Below are positions 55,850-64,000 of a stretch of DNA of 64,000 nucleotides, in pieces. This DNA comes from the human T2T-CHM13v2.0 reference genome, Homo sapiens. A program made the translations under genes and the position numbers. The stretch lies in NCBI RefSeq assembly GCF_009914755.1, contig NC_060925.1; one strand, 5' to 3'. The notes under the pieces are model-generated. The model made no database searches and was not told the origin of the DNA. It saw only the letters and a list, made by a program, of their open reading frames with translations. Every line of letters begins with the position of its first letter. The stretch's first letter is position 1.

Positions 55850-56075
55850 CATAGCACAGCATGGCTGTTATGCAGGTGGGTTCTGAAGGTTGACCTCCTG
55901 AGCTTTATGTCTTAGTATGTAATCTTGGGCAAATCTTTAACTTCTCTGTATCTCCGTTTCCTCATCTCTATAATGGAAATAACAAGACTATTGTGCGGAT
56001 TGTCTAAGTGAATGGATATAAAGTGCTTAACACACGGCAGCATAGTAAGTGCTCAGTAAAAGTTGCTATTCTGAT
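55850..56075 (+). mobile_element. MIR
   Basis: tcttgggcaa..tttaacttctctg..tttcctcatct core. Confidence 0.75.
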
Positions 56076-56199
56076 GCTATTATACCATTCTATAATCGTT
56101 AGCACAGATACAGAGGCTGAGTTGCCTTTTGGTACACGGTCAAATATACAACCCCCATCTCCCTCACACCAAAAGGCCTGTGTCCTCTCTTTCAAATTC

Positions 56200-59061
<2,862 letters not shown>

Positions 59062-59722
59062 TGAGAGCTGAACTGCTGATTGAGGTTGGTGTCATGGGAG
59101 TGAGCCACAATCTTGCAGAAAAAAAGAAGAGAGTGTTCTTGGTCCTCTTCACTCTCCTTCCTTTGTCTCCAAACCATACAGCTTTCAATGCTCTCTTATC
59201 TATTCTGTCATCCTCCAATCGATATTTTATCTTCTCAACCCCTCTCTGTTCCCATTGGGAATGCTTTGGTTTAGTTTAGCCTTAATCATGTCACTGGGAC
59301 CATTGCAACATCCTACAGTCTAATTCACCTCCAATGTATTCCCCATGCTGCTAACAGAGTGATCTTTGTTAAGCTCAAACTGTGCATGACCTTTGTAAAG
59401 CTCTAACTTTGCATAGTCTCCCCTTACTCAAACATGTACTGCAATTTCTCATTATCAAAGCCATAAAAAATTTAGCCTGGCCTTCAAAGACTTCCACCAA
59501 GCACCTCATTGATTCTTCATCCTCTCCATATCTAAATCTATAACCAAGTTGTATTGATTTTACCTATTAACTATCTCTAGAATCTGCCCACTTGTCTATC
59601 ACTGCCATTATCCTACTACAACCCATCATTAATTCTCTCTTGGGCTACTGAAAAGACATAGTAACTGATCACCCTGAGTCTTCCAAGTAATTCTTCACAT
59701 AGGTGCTGAAGGGATCTTTTCA

Positions 59723-60017
<295 letters not shown>

Positions 60018-60389
60018 TGAAGGGACCTTTTAAAAGTGCAAAAATGAATGTAACACTCCCTGCTTAAAAATCTTCAATAGCTTCCCACTAGTCTTAGGAT
60101 AAAGAAAAAAACCTCTACCATGGACTTGAAAAGTTCTGAGACTCAGCCCCTACGTACTTCTTCAGCTTCATCTTGTGCTATGCTGCCCTTTGATCCCCAT
60201 GCTCCAGCACAGGGCTTCTGTGGTCCCCTCATATCTGGCATATTCCCTTCTGCTTCTAGGTCTTTACACTGCTGTTTACCCAGCCCTACTGCCTTTACTT
60301 AACTTCTACTTATCCTCCAAATCTCAACTCAAGCGTCACTTTCTTAGGGACCCTCCCCTGGCCTTCTTTATTAAGTCCAATAGCACTAA

Positions 60390-60739
<350 letters not shown>

Positions 60740-60822
60740 GTACCTCTCCTTCTTAAGTACTTATCATAGTCATACTTTCATATTTATAGTTTATATGATT
60801 ATTTGGTTGATAATAAAAATCT

Positions 60823-61111
60823 GGCCAGGCCCAGTGGCTCACACCTGTAATCCCAGCACTTTGGGAGACTAAGGTGAGAAGATCACTTGAGGCCAGGAGT
60901 TTGAGACCAGCCTAGACAACATAGTGAGACTTCGTCTCTACAAAATTTCTTTAATTAGCCAGGCATGGTGGCACCTGTATTCCTAGCTACTTGGGAGGCT
61001 AAGGTGGGAGGATGGCATGAGCCTAGGAGTTTGAGGTTACAGTGAGCTATGATTGCACCACTGCACTCCAGCCTGGGCAACAGATCAAGACTTTGTCTCA
61101 AAAAAAACAAA
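60823..61111 (+). mobile_element. Alu (AluJ-like)
   Basis: Alu consensus. Confidence 0.93.
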
Positions 61112-61250
61112 TCTCTCAGAACTCCAGTTGAGAAAGGCTGATCTTGACCACATATGATCCATGAGGGCAAGATCAATGGGTTTTTATTCACCAATATATT
61201 CTCACCTACCAATAGTAGGTGCCTGGTAAAAAATTGTTGAACACTATTAA

Positions 61251-61907
<657 letters not shown>

Positions 61908-61970
61908 TAATTTTTAAATATAAATTGGATTACATTACATATATGGTTTGTTGACTCACCTTTTTGCTTA

Positions 61971-62430
<460 letters not shown>

Positions 62431-62499
62431 TTATTGTCTCCGATCCTACCATGAATTCAGTTTTCCTGGACTGAAAAATAGAAATCATCCTGGACTTCT

Positions 62500-63245
62500 C
62501 CCATTCCAATACCCTCCAGGCCTAACCAGAAATAGTCTTGTCATTTTTACCTTTTCAATATCTCTTCAATCATCTCTTTCCCTGTCTCTCACTGCTGCTA
62601 CCCTATTTTCACATCCTCATCACTTTGCACATGAAAAACTACAAGAATGTCATAATGGATTTCTCTGCTTCTAGTCGGCCCTCACAAATCCTTTCTACAG
62701 ACTGTAGTTAGAATGATCTTCCTAAAGTACAAAGGTAGCTATGGCACTTCCCTGCTTAAAATCCTTAAATGTCTACATAACTACCACAAGGTTAGTAGTA
62801 ATTCAAGTTCAAGCTCCCCAGAAAGGCCATAAGGCCATCCATGACATGGTCTGCAGTCTCACATTTACCACCTACCACCAGGCCCTTTATGCGAAAACCA
62901 TCTGCACCACTTAGAATTTCCCCCAAAGCACCACACTCTCTTATCTATGCACAACCATGTGCCTGGGATGCCTGTTTGTCCCTTTTGCCTATCCTATTTT
63001 TAGTTCAAAACTCAGTCTAAACATCGCCGTATCCAGGAAGCATTCCCTGACCCTCCCAGTCTGGGTTGGATGCTCCCCTTTGATGCTCCCAAGCCAGTCT
63101 ATGCACATCACAGAAAAATATCATGTTTGTTTTTCTGTCTTTCCCACTGAAATTAGAGCTCTTTGAACCTTATTCCTCTATGCACTCATAGGGCCTGGCA
63201 CAGTACCAATTGGCACATAGTATCAATTATTTGTTGATTAAATGG
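62500..63245 (+). mobile_element. L2 3' fragment
   Basis: pyrimidine-rich body ending gcctggcacagt...tatttgttgattaaatg. Confidence 0.6.
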
Positions 63246-63331
63246 GTAAACATACCCATTTTAGTGACGGTGAGCCACTTAGGGGTTATAATCAAGAGGG
63301 AGACATGATTCAATTGTTCAATAAAGAATTA

Positions 63332-63845
<514 letters not shown>

Positions 63846-64000
63846 TTAGACTGAGTGGCCAGGAAAAGCCTCACCAGGGAGGTGACAGATAAGCCGAGAT
63901 CTAAATGGCAAGAAGGAATGAGTCACATGAAGACCTACAGTCAGAGCAATCCAGGGCAAAGGCAAAGTGCAAAGATAGCACATTTGGCATATCTATGGCA

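Overview
Human-type (primate, Alu-rich) genomic DNA that I recognise as the C1orf210-TIE1-MPL locus (1p34.2, from recall). It holds three genes. (1) C1orf210/TEMP on the minus strand: complete 113-aa CDS in two coding exons, 1777-1759 and 1614-1292. (2) TIE1 on the plus strand: complete, 23 coding exons between 19568 and 41271, which I joined by hand to 3417 nt = 1138 aa + stop, all GT-AG. (3) MPL exons 1-6 (56396-59060); the gene continues past the window end. The rest is about 40 Alu/FLAM elements, old L1MB/L2/MIR pieces, Tigger4, MER63A and MER5-type DNA transposons, an HERV-K-class LTR fragment, and a few tandem repeats. Almost all ORF-track entries outside the exons are Alu/L1-derived or chance. 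I see no convincing wholly new gene system. The most unusual structures are: a one-end-intact LTR fragment bracketed by a 91-bp direct duplication about 1 kb upstream of MPL; two Alus inserted tail-to-tail at one site with a 13-bp spacer; a strong-Kozak minimal uORF before the MPL ATG; a (TG)n-tuned alternative donor after the TIE1 transmembrane exon; an in-frame exon 15-17 block flanked by inverted Alus; and the apparent C1orf210-TIE1 / LRRC19-TEK paralogy. Repeat family names come from memory of consensus sequences, and repeat boundaries are approximate.
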